Shown: in pieces, positions 53,020 through 54,409 of the stretch | Position numbering within the stretch: the stretch's first letter is position 1 | Layout: every line of letters begins with the position of its first letter | Source of the DNA: Octopus bimaculoides | Lineage: Eukaryota | Reading direction: 5' to 3' | NCBI RefSeq assembly: GCF_001194135.2 | Contig: NC_068991.1 | Location: 13,941,524 to 13,995,932 of the forward strand | DNA: 54,409 nucleotides | Made by a program: the position numbers and the translations under genes | The notes under the pieces: generated by a model | What the model was told of the DNA's origin: nothing | Database searches by the model: none | Seen by the model: only the letters and a program-made list of their open reading frames with translations

Positions 53020-53340
53020 TTTTTCTCTTTTCTGTCAATAGAAAATCTTTGGTAAAATCTCTTCTATTTTCTCGCACCTTTTTCAATCTGTGATATTGCC
53101 AACAGTCTCATGAAATCTGTAATTTCATGCTGCAGAATACACTTCAAAATACTTTTGTTCCATATACTTTTGTAGTATATAATGGTTGCATAACGAAATG
53201 CGGTGTCCCTACAAGTCATTAATCTTTGCAAATCAATGTAATGCAAAGGATTTTTGTGTGCCACTATATATTGCTTTGTATCTCTTTGAAATGGTCATTC
53301 GTATTACGATCATTCTTCGTGAAATGTGTTTCTAGTAATC
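53020..53340 (-). mobile_element. Highly decayed RTE-like RT C-terminal fragment
   Basis: LLETHFTKNDRN...KEIQSNI (cf. YLGSxITxDGxCxxEIKRRI), QRLMTC and RLLAISQIEK (cf. RMLxISWTEK). Weak, by eye. Confidence 0.33.
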
Positions 53341-54366
53341 TCGACATTTGTAGTCTCTCTTTTACATATTTTTTTTTTTTTTTGCAGTCGTCAACGTGTC
53401 TCGTTTATCGACATCAGACTGCGTTTTTCACCATTACAAATTATGGTGGTCATATCAGCTAAATCGTTTTCATTCAGCTCCTGTTCTACAAACGAGTCCC
53501 CCGATGTTTTTAGGTTATTTTATTTCATTTTACTTTTTGACAGCTAAACATTTCCAATTCTACTCCCCACACCATCGAACGCTCAATGTTAATTATGTCT
53601 GAATTGACATTTCTTTGCTTTCCGGTCTTTTTTTACTTTTCTTTTTTTTTTTTCTTTTTTGTCATCACTATCGCTCAAAACAACTCCTGATAAAATGGCT
53701 GCCCAAAAATGCATTTAAGGGGATTTTCTTAATTTCATGAATTGTTATGGCAATTAACTTCATGCAATGCAGAGTATTAGATTTTGCCATAACAAATAGT
53801 GATACATTTTTATTTTTCTTAAATCTCCCAATGCTTTTTTTATGTCGCTGTTTAGCATAATTTATTAAAAGGTTGATATTACACTTTGGTCTGATCCTTG
53901 CACAAGTGATGTAATTTTAAGATGGGATGTATGAATCGGGCATTAACCTTGGAGTGTTCTAAATAAAAGAGATGTGAGAGAGGATTATATGTTAATAATA
54001 AAACTTTGAAGTTAAATGTACTTTCTTTTGTGAGTATTTAGTGTGTGCATGAATGTGTCTGTGAGAGGGGAAGAGAGAGGATGTAAGCGTGCGCGGTGAG
54101 TGAATGTTGAACGTAGGCGCTAACGAAACGCCATCGTTAACGTAATGTTTATTACATTGGGTTGCTGTAAATTGATATATGTGTGTGTGTGCGTGTGTGT
54201 GTATTTATGTACGCATGTATGTATAGAAGCAATTATCGGGAGAAGCAAATAAGACTCACCAAATATATTAAATATATTAAGTACACCAAATACATATATG
54301 TGTGTGTGCATGTCTGTGCGTGAGTGTGTGTCTATGTGTGTTTTATACGAATGTTGTATGACTAAG

Positions 54367-54409
<43 letters not shown>

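Overview
Eukaryotic, AT-rich, repeat-saturated genomic DNA with 13 N-gaps (about 5 kb in total), nearly all flanked by microsatellites. The SINE families and very high SSR density point to a coleoid cephalopod, most likely Octopus (inference from recalled repeat families; no search was run). I find no intact protein-coding gene, RNA gene or CRISPR array. The long ORFs in the track are artefacts of N-runs or SSRs. Contents: (i) at least three tRNA-derived SINE families in many copies, here called A, B and C/D; (ii) decayed coding remnants of two Penelope-like elements, several LINEs (RTE-like and CR1/L2-like) and a Helitron helicase; (iii) two MITEs with clear TIRs and TSDs (mariner-type TA, piggyBac-type TTAA); (iv) micro- and minisatellites. 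Most worth a second look: a 23-nt candidate microexon with strong splice sites (21854-21876), degenerate minimal hammerhead-ribozyme motifs in PLE-like terminal repeats (about 14.4-14.65 kb and 42.4-42.5 kb), head-to-tail SINE-A multimers fused repeatedly at the same A-box position and carrying three different 3' tails, a SINE-derived 135-bp tandem array, and closely spaced inverted SINE pairs that could form ADAR substrates. I cannot support a claim of a novel multi-gene system. All protein-family calls are by-eye motif matches that need HMM confirmation.
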